From the NCBI GenBank assembly GCA_964251035.1, contig CAXUJE010000001.1, forward strand, positions 1 through 51,619: DNA of 51,619 nt. The letters run 5' to 3'. Of the stretch, positions 27,565-36,172 are shown one piece after another. The stretch's first letter is position 1, and the number at the start of each line of letters is the position of its first letter. The notes beneath the pieces are model-generated. The model did not search any database and had not been told where the DNA came from. It was given only the letters and a program-made list of their open reading frames with translations. The translations under genes and the position numbers were made by a program. Source of the stretch: an uncultured Acetobacteraceae bacterium. GTDB lineage: Bacteria > Pseudomonadota > Alphaproteobacteria > Acetobacterales > Acetobacteraceae.

Positions 27565-29721
27565 ATGGATCGAGTTGACGTTGCGGGCCTGCGGGTTGCG
27601 GCCGAGCTGCATGGCTTCATCGCCGAGGCGCTGCCGGGCACCGGCGTCGAGGCCGACGCGTTCTGGACCGGCTTTGCCGCCCTGCTGCGCGACCTGGCGC
27701 CACGCAATGCCGAGCTGCTCGCCCGGCGCGACGAGCTGCAACGTCAAATCGACGAGTGGCACCTGTCCCAATCCGGCAAGCCGCATGACGCCGCGGCGTA
27801 CCAGGATTTCCTCCGCGGCATCGGCTACTTGCTGCCGGAGCCTTCGCCGTTCGAGGTCGGCACGGAGAACGTGGACGCCGAGATCGCCGGCATCGCCGGG
27901 CCGCAGCTCGTCGTGCCGGTGATGAACGCCCGCTATGCGCTGAACGCCGCCAACGCGCGTTGGGGCAGCCTGTATGACGCGCTGTACGGCACGGACGCGC
28001 TGCCGGAAAGCAATGGGGCGGAGCGCGGCCAGAGCTACAACAAGGTGCGTGGCGCTCTCGTGGTGAAGCGGGCAAAGGAGGTGCTGGACTTCGCGGCGCC
28101 GCTGGCCGGAGCCTCCCACGCGGATGCGACCGGCTACGCCGTCAAGGACGGCGCGTTGCAGGTCGCGACCGGGCACGGTGCCACCGGGCTTGCCACGCCG
28201 GAGACGTTCGCAGGCTACCGCGGCGAACCCACGGCCCCCAGCGCGATCCTGCTGCGGAACAACGGCCTGCACATCGAGATCAGCATCGACCGCAGCCATC
28301 TGATCGGCCAAGACGACCCGGCAGGCGTCGCCGACGTGCTGCTGGAATCGGCCCTCACCACGATCCAGGACTGCGAGGACAGCGTCGCCGCCGTCGATGC
28401 GGCCGACAAGGTCGTGGTGTATCGCAACTGGCTCGGCCTGATGCAGGGCACGCTGTCGGCGTCCCTGGAAAAGAACGGCAGGCAGATCGTGCGCCGACTG
28501 AACCCGGACCGCGAGTATACGGCGCCGAAGGGCGGCGCCTTGGTCCTGCCCGGCCGCAGCACCATGCTGATCCGCAACGTCGGCCACCACATGTACACGG
28601 ACGCCGTGCTGACCGCGGACGGCGCCGAAATCCCCGAGGGGATGCTCGACGCAGCCGTCACCTCGCTGATCGCCATGCACGATCTGCGCGCCACCGGCCC
28701 GGTCCGCAACAGCCGCGCGGGATCGGTCTATATCGTCAAGCCGAAGATGCACGGGCCGGAGGAGGTCGCCTTCGCCGGCGAGATTTTTGCAAACGTCGAG
28801 GCCATGCTGGGCCTCGCCCCCGACACCCTGAAGATGGGTATCATGGACGAGGAACGGCGCACCAGCGCCAACCTCGCCGCCTGCATCTATGCCGCCCGGG
28901 ACCGGGTGGCGTTCATCAACACCGGCTTCCTCGACCGCACCGGGGACGAAATCCACACCTCGATGGAAGCGGGCGCCATGATCCGCAAGAACGAGATGAA
29001 GGGCACCGCCTGGATCAAGGCCTACGAGGACCGCAACGTCGATGTCGGCTTGGCCTGCGGCTTGCGCGGCCGGGCGCAGATTGGCAAGGGCATGTGGGCG
29101 GCGCCGGACCGCATGGCGGACATGCTGGAGCAGAAGATCGGCCATCCCCACGCCGGCGCCAACACCGCCTGGGTCCCCTCCCCCACCGCGGCCACCCTGC
29201 ACGCGCTGCATTATCACCAGGTGGACGTGGCCGCCCGGCAGGCGGAGCTGGCCGGCCACCCGCGCGGCACGCTTGTGGACCTGCTGACCATCCCTGTGGC
29301 CGACCGTCCCAACTGGGCGCCGGACGACGTGCAGCAGGAGCTGGACAACAACGCCCAGGGCATCCTCGGATACGTCGTCCGCTGGATCGAACAAGGCGTT
29401 GGCTGCTCCAAGGTGCCGGACATCCACGACGTGGGCCTCATGGAGGACCGCGCGACGCTGCGCATCTCCAGCCAGCACATCGCCAACTGGCTGCACCACG
29501 GCATCGTGACGGAAGCGCAAGTGACAGAAACCTTGCGCCGCATGGCCGGGGTGGTGGACCGGCAGAACGCCGGCGACGCCGCGTATCGCCCGATGGCGGC
29601 CAATCTCAACGGCCCGGCGTTCCAAGCGGCATGCGACTTGGTGTTCAAGGGCCGCGTGCAGCCGAACGGCTACACCGAGTTCATCCTGCATGCCCGGCGG
29701 CGAGAGGCAAAGGCGGCCTGA
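27565..29721 (+). CDS. glcB: Malate synthase G
   Basis: [76 protein letters not shown]. Confidence 0.97.
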   Translation: MDRVDVAGLRVAAELHGFIAEALPGTGVEADAFWTGFAALLRDLAPRNAELLARRDELQRQIDEWHLSQSGKPHDAAAYQDFLRGIGYLLPEPSPFEVGTENVDAEIAGIAGPQLVVPVMNARYALNAANARWGSLYDALYGTDALPESNGAERGQSYNKVRGALVVKRAKEVLDFAAPLAGASHADATGYAVKDGALQVATGHGATGLATPETFAGYRGEPTAPSAILLRNNGLHIEISIDRSHLIGQDDPAGVADVLLESALTTIQDCEDSVAAVDAADKVVVYRNWLGLMQGTLSASLEKNGRQIVRRLNPDREYTAPKGGALVLPGRSTMLIRNVGHHMYTDAVLTADGAEIPEGMLDAAVTSLIAMHDLRATGPVRNSRAGSVYIVKPKMHGPEEVAFAGEIFANVEAMLGLAPDTLKMGIMDEERRTSANLAACIYAARDRVAFINTGFLDRTGDEIHTSMEAGAMIRKNEMKGTAWIKAYEDRNVDVGLACGLRGRAQIGKGMWAAPDRMADMLEQKIGHPHAGANTAWVPSPTAATLHALHYHQVDVAARQAELAGHPRGTLVDLLTIPVADRPNWAPDDVQQELDNNAQGILGYVVRWIEQGVGCSKVPDIHDVGLMEDRATLRISSQHIANWLHHGIVTEAQVTETLRRMAGVVDRQNAGDAAYRPMAANLNGPAFQAACDLVFKGRVQPNGYTEFILHARRREAKAA

Positions 29722-29743
29722 GACCGGCACGATCACGATGACG

Positions 29744-29768
29744 GGAACCCGGGGCGGCTCCGGACGTT
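29744..29768 (+). promoter_or_regulatory. Putative sigma-EcfG (general stress response) promoter
   Basis: GGAAC-N16-CGTT matches the alphaproteobacterial EcfG/sigmaT consensus, about 40 nt upstream of the small-protein ATG. Confidence 0.7.
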
Positions 29769-29808
29769 GCACGGCGTAACAAGTTATGTTGCATACAGGA
29801 GCCGGGCC

Positions 29809-29976
29809 ATGAGCCTCATCGTGATCGTCGTCGTCCTCGTCGTGCTGTTCGGAGGTGGCGGGTTCTACGGCTATAACCGCGGCTATTATGGCGGGCGCGG
29901 TTATGGTGGCGGCTTGGGACTGCTGCTGCTGTTGCTGATCCTGTTCCTGCTGTTCGGGCAGGGTCGCTACTATTAG
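29809..29976 (+). CDS. Small Gly/Tyr-rich two-TM membrane protein (DUF3309-like)
   Basis: MSLIVIVVVLVVLFGGGG...YGGGLGLLLLLLILFLLFG; AGGAG SD. Confidence 0.8.
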   Translation: MSLIVIVVVLVVLFGGGGFYGYNRGYYGGRGYGGGLGLLLLLLILFLLFGQGRYY

Positions 29977-31287
29977 CTAAACTTCGGCCGCTGGCTCCGG
30001 TTGCGCGCTGATGCGGGACACCCGGCGGCCGTCCATCTCCATCACCTCGAACCGCCAGCCACCGAACACGATTCGGTCGCCGATCTGCGGCAGGCGGCGT
30101 AGCAGCGCCAGCAACAGTCCGGCAAGGGTATGATAGCTGCCCTCCGCCGGCAGGTCCGGCAACTCCAGCCTTGACTTGATCTCATCGACCGGCATGGCGC
30201 CGTCCAGCAGCATGGCGCCGGCCGCCGCGGCCTCCCCCTCCCCCAGCACGGTGGTCGGGTCGGCGGGCTCCCCCACAATGGCCTGCAGCACGTCGGACGC
30301 GGTCACCAGACCTTCGAAGCTGCCATACTCGTCCATTACCAGCGCAAGGCCGAGCGGCTCGCCTTTCAACCGTTCCAACGCATCGAGCGCGGTCACCGCG
30401 TCCGGGATCACCATGGGCTTACGCAGGGTCGCGGCGACCGACACCTCGCCGCCGTCCAGCAGGCGGTCGAGGATGTCCTTCGCCTGCACGACGCCCACCA
30501 CGTTGTCGATGGACCCGTCGCACACCACGAACCGGCTATGAGGCGTGGCCTTCAGCGTCGCCGCGATGTCCTGCGGCGAGTCGGTGCGGTCGATCCACGC
30601 CAGCTCGGTCCGCGGCGTCATGATCGCGCGCACCGGCTTGTCCGCCAGGCGGAGCAGGCGCTCGATCATCTCGTGCTCCTCGGTCTCCAGCACGCCCTCC
30701 TCGGCGCCTTCGGCCAGCAGCGCCTTCAGCTCCTCCTCCGTCACCGCCTGGCGCTCGTCCGGAGGGGCGCCAAACAGCCGCAACACCAGGCCGGACGATT
30801 TGCCGAGCACCCAGACAACCGGCCCGACGATGCGCGACAGCCGTGCCAGCGGGGAGGCCACGGCCGCCGCCACCTGCTCCGGCCGCCGCAGCGCCAGTTG
30901 CTTGGGCACCAGCTCGCCCAGGACGAGGGTCAAGTAGGTCGTCAGCACCACGACGATCGCGAGCGACAAGCTGGCGGCGAACGGCGCGAGTTGGGGAATG
31001 CCCAGGAGCCAAGCCTCCAACCGGGCGGTGATCCGCGCACCGCCGAACACCCCGGCCAGCACGCTGACCAGCGTGATGCCGACCTGCACCGTGGGCAGGA
31101 AGCGCTGCGGGTCCTCCGACAGCAGCCGCGCCGTGGCGGCGCCGGCCACGCCCTGCCGTTCCAGCACCATCAGCCGGGCGCGGCGGACCGAGACCAGAGC
31201 CAGCTCGCTCATGGCAAACACACCGTTGAGCAAGACCAGCAAAAGCACGACGAGGAGTTCGAGACTGATTCCCATGCCGTCCAGCAT
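29977..31287 (-). CDS. Hemolysin-family CNNM/CBS/CorC protein (TlyC-like)
   Basis: LNGVFAMSELALVS, FLPTVQVGITL, GELVPKQLAL, IMTPR, VMDEYG, YHTLAG; alternative start at 31275. Confidence 0.92.
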   Translation of the reverse strand: MLDGMGISLELLVVLLLVLLNGVFAMSELALVSVRRARLMVLERQGVAGAATARLLSEDPQRFLPTVQVGITLVSVLAGVFGGARITARLEAWLLGIPQLAPFAASLSLAIVVVLTTYLTLVLGELVPKQLALRRPEQVAAAVASPLARLSRIVGPVVWVLGKSSGLVLRLFGAPPDERQAVTEEELKALLAEGAEEGVLETEEHEMIERLLRLADKPVRAIMTPRTELAWIDRTDSPQDIAATLKATPHSRFVVCDGSIDNVVGVVQAKDILDRLLDGGEVSVAATLRKPMVIPDAVTALDALERLKGEPLGLALVMDEYGSFEGLVTASDVLQAIVGEPADPTTVLGEGEAAAAGAMLLDGAMPVDEIKSRLELPDLPAEGSYHTLAGLLLALLRRLPQIGDRIVFGGWRFEVMEMDGRRVSRISAQPEPAAEV

Positions 31288-31415
31288 AGGCCGCTGCAGG
31301 GAGAAAGGTCAGGGCCTGCCTTGTTTCGGACACGATATAGCCTGATGGTGGCCGCACTGGCGTCGTAGCAACTCGGTGCCATAGCAAACAGGTCCTGCCG
31401 TCCGGATGCCCCGTC

Positions 31416-32624
31416 ATGCCTGATCGCTCCCCTCTGCTGCCCATGGTCTCGATCCACGTGCCGATCTGCAACGAGCCGCCGGACCGCGTTCGCAGCGCCC
31501 TGGCGTCGCTCGCCGAGCTTGACTACCCGGCGTACGAGGTGCTGGTCGTGGACCACAACACCCGCGATCCCGAGATGTGGGAGGCAGTGGCGAAGGAGTG
31601 CGCCCGCCGCGGCGCCCGGTTCCGTTTCTTCCATCTGGGGCGCTGGCCAAGCGGCCGGGCCGGGGCGCTGAACTTCGCCCGCGTGCAGGCCACCGACCGG
31701 GCGGAGGTCGTGGCCGTGCTCGAACCCGATGCGTTGGTGGCGCGCAACTGGCTCCAGGACGCCGTGCCGGAGTTCGCCGACCCAAGGGTGGGCGTCGTGC
31801 GGTCCCCCACCCTCCTGCGCAAGACGGCATTGGACGGCGTCGGCGGTTGGGCGGAGTGGACCGTTACCGAGGACGCGGCGCTCGACCTCGCCTTGTCGCA
31901 GGCGCGCTGGCTTTCGGCCGAGCCGGCACCTCACGCCGATCGCGGGCCGGCCGACTTCGCGGATGCTCGCCAGCGCACCGCCCGGCAGGCCTACGGCGCG
32001 GCGCAGATCGGTCGCCGGCACTGGCTGCTCTTGTCGCTGTTCGACCGCACGCTGACCTGGCCGCAGCGCCGGCGCGTGATCGCGGGTTGGCTGCCGTGGG
32101 CAGGCGACGCGCTCGGCTTGCTGCTTTTGCTGGCCAACCTGGCGCTGTCGTTCGGTCTCCTCACGGCGTCTGGGCGGATCGGGACCCTGCGGGTACTGTG
32201 CGCCTCCCTGGCAATCGGCCTGCTCGCGGGCAAGGCGGCCCGCCTGCGCGGCGGCCGGACCGGCACGGCTCTCACGCAACTGGCGTTGAGCCACACGGCC
32301 GCCCGGGCGTTCTGGAGCGCCCTGCTGGGCAGAGGCGTTCCCTGTCAAGGGCCGACCGAACCGAGGCTCGCGCCTGCCAGGACAGGCAGCTTGCTGCCAG
32401 AGGAGCTTGTCCTGCTGTTGGCAGCCTGGGTCGCCCTGGCCGGGGTCGCGGCCGTACGTAACGGGACCTGGCAGGCCGTCCTTTGGTGCGCCGCGCTGCT
32501 CGTGCAGTCCGTACCCTACCTCGCCGCGGTCTCCCTGACTTGGCGGCCCTTGCTGGCGGCGCGGCGGCGCGAGGTGCGACGCCCGGGCCTCGGCAGAGTT
32601 GCGCGATCCGGAAGCGGCGATTAA
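31416..32624 (+). CDS. GT2 glycosyltransferase-like membrane protein related to the NdvB GT domain; catalytic motifs degenerate
   Basis: VSIHVPICNEPP, LDYPAYEVLVVD, RFRFFH, AGALN, GGWAEWTVTEDA, AYGAAQI, C-terminal TM helices. Confidence 0.75.
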   Translation: MPDRSPLLPMVSIHVPICNEPPDRVRSALASLAELDYPAYEVLVVDHNTRDPEMWEAVAKECARRGARFRFFHLGRWPSGRAGALNFARVQATDRAEVVAVLEPDALVARNWLQDAVPEFADPRVGVVRSPTLLRKTALDGVGGWAEWTVTEDAALDLALSQARWLSAEPAPHADRGPADFADARQRTARQAYGAAQIGRRHWLLLSLFDRTLTWPQRRRVIAGWLPWAGDALGLLLLLANLALSFGLLTASGRIGTLRVLCASLAIGLLAGKAARLRGGRTGTALTQLALSHTAARAFWSALLGRGVPCQGPTEPRLAPARTGSLLPEELVLLLAAWVALAGVAAVRNGTWQAVLWCAALLVQSVPYLAAVSLTWRPLLAARRREVRRPGLGRVARSGSGD

Positions 32625-32665
32625 GCCGCAGGGGGCCACCGCCCCCTACCATCCTGGAGCCTGCC

Positions 32666-33148
32666 ATGACCCGGCCGTTGCCGCCGTTTGCCATCATGCT
32701 GGGGTTAGCCGGCCTGCTGCCCTTCGTGCTGTGCAGCCTGGGCGCCCTCAGCCTGTCGAGCGACGGCTCGACCCGCTCGCTGCTCGCCTTGGTGGCGTAC
32801 GGCGCGACCATCCTGGCCTTCCTGGGCGGGGTGCATTGGGGTTTTGCACTTGATGCCAGCGGCGCCGCGTCCGAACGGGTGCAGCGCGCCCGGTTCGGCC
32901 TGGGCGTCGTGCCGTCATTGATCGGCTGGGCGGCGATGCTGGTGACGTTCATCGGCCTGCCCACCACGGGGCTGCTGGTGCTGACGGCCGGGTTCGTTGC
33001 GACCACCGTGGTAGAGGGGCAGGCCGCGCGGCGCGGCTTGATGCCGCAGCGCTACATGTGGCTGCGTTGGGGGCTGTCGGTGGTGGTCGTCGTCTGCCTG
33101 GTGTCCGTCAGCCTGATCCGGGCGTTCGGTGGCCGGGTGGTGCTGTAA
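32666..33148 (+). CDS. DUF3429-family membrane protein
   Basis: LGLAGLLPF, YGATILAFLGGVHWG, PSLIGW, YMWLRWGLS; GGAG SD. Confidence 0.85.
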   Translation: MTRPLPPFAIMLGLAGLLPFVLCSLGALSLSSDGSTRSLLALVAYGATILAFLGGVHWGFALDASGAASERVQRARFGLGVVPSLIGWAAMLVTFIGLPTTGLLVLTAGFVATTVVEGQAARRGLMPQRYMWLRWGLSVVVVVCLVSVSLIRAFGGRVVL

Positions 33149-33252
33149 CCAGCCCTCGCGACGGCTGGGCGCCCGGACTTTGCGGATTGGACATCACTCA
33201 ACCGTTGCCATGTGATACGTTGTGAATCCGTATTGTCGTCCGCGAGGTGCGA

Positions 33253-34284
33253 ATGAAGGTATTCTGGGACCCGGCGCAACTCCTGCACGCCCCGCGTTTC
33301 TTCCTGCAGCGCGGCGTCGTCCGCGCCAACTTCGAGGTGCCGGCCCGGGCCGAGGCGCTGCTGGACGGCTGCCGGGCGCTTGGCCTGCCTTTTGATGTGC
33401 CTACGCCGCCGGAGCGCGCGGCGCTGGAGGCGGTACACGCGCCCGCCTACCTGGATTTCCTGCGCGACGCCCCGGCCGATTGGGACCGCCTGCTCGATCA
33501 TGGGCCGGAGCTGGTGCCCAACGTCCATCCGTCCCCGGAAATGCTGGCCAACGGCGCGCAGCCAAGTCCAATGGTCGTGGGCCAGCTCGGTTGGTTCACT
33601 GCCGACACGTCCTGTCCCATCGCCGCGGAGACCTGGCCCGCTGCCGTCGCGGCGGCGGCGTGCGCCGTCGCGGCGGCGGATACTGCGGCGGAAGGCGATA
33701 CAGCCTACGCCCTGACGCGCCCGCCGGGGCACCACGCCTACCCGGCCCGGGCCGGCGGGCATTGCTACCTCAACAATGCCGCCATCGCGGCGCAGCGCTT
33801 GCGGGACCAGGGTGCTGCGCGCGTCGCGGTGCTGGACATCGACAGCCATCACGGCAACGGCACGCAGGGCGTGTTCTGGGACCGCGGCGACGTGCTGTTC
33901 GTATCCGTGCACGGCGACCCCCACGGTTATTACCCCTTTTATGTCGGCCATGCCGGGGAGCGCGGCGCCGGGCCTGGCGCCGGGTGCAACCTGAACCTGC
34001 CGCTGCCGGCCGGGACCGCGGATGCGGGCTGGCTCGATGCGCTGGACGCCGGGCTTGCGGCGATCCGGCGGTTCCGCGCCGACGCGCTCGTGCTCAGCCT
34101 GGGGTTCGACCCGTCGAAGGACGAGCCGCTGGGCTACCTGCACGTCACCGAGGATGGTTTCGCCCAGGCCGCACGCCGCACCGCGGCGCTGCGCCTGCCG
34201 GCAGCGATCATCCAGGAAGGCGGCTACAACACCGCGCTCCTCGGCACGCTGCTGCAAACGTTCCTCTCGGCCTACGGCGCGTGA
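33253..34284 (+). CDS. Histone-deacetylase-family protein (acetylpolyamine amidohydrolase-like)
   Basis: RPPGHHA, CYLNNAAIAA, DIDSHHGNGTQ, SVHGDP, NLNLPL, SLGFD, QEGGY. Confidence 0.92.
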   Translation: MKVFWDPAQLLHAPRFFLQRGVVRANFEVPARAEALLDGCRALGLPFDVPTPPERAALEAVHAPAYLDFLRDAPADWDRLLDHGPELVPNVHPSPEMLANGAQPSPMVVGQLGWFTADTSCPIAAETWPAAVAAAACAVAAADTAAEGDTAYALTRPPGHHAYPARAGGHCYLNNAAIAAQRLRDQGAARVAVLDIDSHHGNGTQGVFWDRGDVLFVSVHGDPHGYYPFYVGHAGERGAGPGAGCNLNLPLPAGTADAGWLDALDAGLAAIRRFRADALVLSLGFDPSKDEPLGYLHVTEDGFAQAARRTAALRLPAAIIQEGGYNTALLGTLLQTFLSAYGA

Positions 34285-35786
34285 GCCTCGCCCGCATCCG
34301 CAGCTTCGCCTTCAGCGGCATCGAGGCGGTCCCGGTCGAGGTCCAGGTGCAGATCTCCTCCGGCCTCCCCGCCTTCCTGGTGGTGGGCCTGCCCGACAAG
34401 GCTGTGGGCGAAGCGCGGGAGCGGGTGCGCGCGGCGCTGACCGCCATGGGCCTGTCGCTGCCGCCCAAGCGCGTGCTGATCAACCTGGCCCCGGCGGACC
34501 TGTTGAAGGAGGGCAGCCACTTCGACCTGCCCATCGCGCTTGGCGTGCTGGCTGCCATGGAGGTGCTGCCACGGGACGAGGTGGCGGGCTACGCGGCGCT
34601 CGGCGAGCTCTCGCTCGACGGTGCCATCCACGCGGTCGCAGGCGTGCTGCCGGCCGCGATGTCGGCGTCGGCCCGCGACCTCGGGCTGATCTGCCCGGCG
34701 TCGCAGGGCGGGGAGGCCGCTTGGGCCGGCCGCATCGAGATCCTGGCAGCACCCGACCTGCTGTCGGTGATCAACCATTTCCGCGGCAGCCAAGTGCTGT
34801 CGCCGCCCGAACCCGCCGGCACGCAGCCGGGCGAGGCCGGGCCGGACCTGGCCGAGGTGCGCGGCATGGAGACGGCCAAGCGCGCCCTGGAGATCGCCGC
34901 CGCCGGCGGGCACAACATGATGCTGATCGGCCCGCCCGGCGCCGGCAAGTCCATGCTGGCCGCCCGGATGCCCTGGCTGCTGCCCGACCTGCGCCCGGTC
35001 GATGCGCTGGAGGTCAGCATGATCCACAGCGTGGCCGGATTGCTGGAGGGCGGGCGGCTCGTCATGCGCCCGCCCTACCGCGAGCCGCACCATGGCGCGT
35101 CGCAGGCGGCGCTCACCGGCGGCGGCCAGCGCGCCAAGCCCGGCGAGGTCAGCCTGGCGCACCGCGGCGTGCTGTTTTTGGATGAGCTGCCGGAGTTTCC
35201 CCGCCCGGCGCTGGAAGCTTTGCGTCAGCCGTTGGAGAGCGGGCGCACCACCGTGGCCCGCGTCCATGCCCACGTCACCTACCCCGCGCGGTTCCAGCTC
35301 ATCGCCGCGATGAACCCGTGCCGCTGCGGCTACCTCGGCGACGCCGCCCGCGCCTGCAGCCGCGCGCCGCGCTGCGGGGAGGACTACCTGTCCCGCATCA
35401 GCGGCCCGCTGCTGGACCGCATCGACGTCACCATCCACGTGCAGCCAGTCCCGCCAACCGAGCTGTCCCGCGCCCCGCCCGGGGAGCCGAGCGCCGCCGT
35501 GGCCAGCCGCGTCGCCGCGGCTCGCGCGGCGCAAACCGCCCGTTACGGCGCCGACGGGCCGGCGAGCAATGCCGAGGCCGAACTGGGCGCCATCGAACTG
35601 CAACCGGAAGCCCGGCAGTTGGCGGAGGGCGTCGCCGACAAGCTCCGCCTTTCCGCCCGCGGCTTCACCCGGGTACTGCGCGTGGCGCGCACCATTGCCG
35701 ACCTGGCCGGCACGGCCCAGGTGCGCCGGGCCGACGTGGCGGAGGCGCTGGCCTATCGCGCCCGCGTCCCTGGCCGCCCGGGTTAG
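34281..35786 (+). CDS. comM: YifB/ComM Mg-chelatase-like AAA+ ATPase
   Basis: VGLPDKAVGEARERVR, NLAPAD, GSHFDLPIA, GPPGAGKSM, PGEVSLAHRGVLFLDE, AMNPCRCG, ISGPLLDRID; GTG start overlaps the HDAC stop (GTGA). Confidence 0.93.
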   Translation: MSLARIRSFAFSGIEAVPVEVQVQISSGLPAFLVVGLPDKAVGEARERVRAALTAMGLSLPPKRVLINLAPADLLKEGSHFDLPIALGVLAAMEVLPRDEVAGYAALGELSLDGAIHAVAGVLPAAMSASARDLGLICPASQGGEAAWAGRIEILAAPDLLSVINHFRGSQVLSPPEPAGTQPGEAGPDLAEVRGMETAKRALEIAAAGGHNMMLIGPPGAGKSMLAARMPWLLPDLRPVDALEVSMIHSVAGLLEGGRLVMRPPYREPHHGASQAALTGGGQRAKPGEVSLAHRGVLFLDELPEFPRPALEALRQPLESGRTTVARVHAHVTYPARFQLIAAMNPCRCGYLGDAARACSRAPRCGEDYLSRISGPLLDRIDVTIHVQPVPPTELSRAPPGEPSAAVASRVAAARAAQTARYGADGPASNAEAELGAIELQPEARQLAEGVADKLRLSARGFTRVLRVARTIADLAGTAQVRRADVAEALAYRARVPGRPG

Positions 35787-36172
35787 CCCTCGCTGCGGAA
35801 AGCGTCGGCGATGCGGCGCACCCGGCCGGCGCCATCGACCAGCAGCACGTCGAACCGCACGCCGGCACGGCCCCAGCCGGGGTTCTCGGCCAGGGCGATC
35901 TCGCCCGCGGCCAGCAGCCGGGCGCGCTGACGCGGCCCCAGGGCGGCGGCAGCCGAGAGCAGGTCCGGCCGCGCCTTCACCTCGATGAAGGCCAGCAGCC
36001 CGTCGCGCTCGGCGACCACGTCGATCTCTCCGGCGGCGGTGCGCAGGCGCCGGGCCAGCACGGCCCAGCCATCGCGCTCAAGCGCCGCGCAGGCCGCCTG
36101 CTCGGCCGTGACGCCGCGTGCCTGCGCTGCCCGGCCGCGGGCGGCGCGGCTGCCAGGGGCCCCGCCCGTCAC
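35783..36172 (-). CDS. yraN: YraN-family nuclease (UPF0102)
   Basis: GVTAEQAA, GEIDVVA, FIEVKAR, VRFDVL, IADAF; GTG start overlaps the AI-2E stop. Confidence 0.9.
   Translation of the reverse strand: MTGGAPGSRAARGRAAQARGVTAEQAACAALERDGWAVLARRLRTAAGEIDVVAERDGLLAFIEVKARPDLLSAAAALGPRQRARLLAAGEIALAENPGWGRAGVRFDVLLVDGAGRVRRIADAFRSEG

Noticed and set aside
31368-31381. Sigma-54-like TGGCAC-N4-TTGC on the minus strand upstream of the CNNM gene
   Set aside because: GG-to-GC spacing is 9 nt instead of the strictly required 10.
33480-35786. Apparent 768-aa ComM with a long N-terminal extension or HDAC fusion
   Set aside because: The extension is an off-frame read of the HDAC gene. ComM homology begins at GTG 34281.
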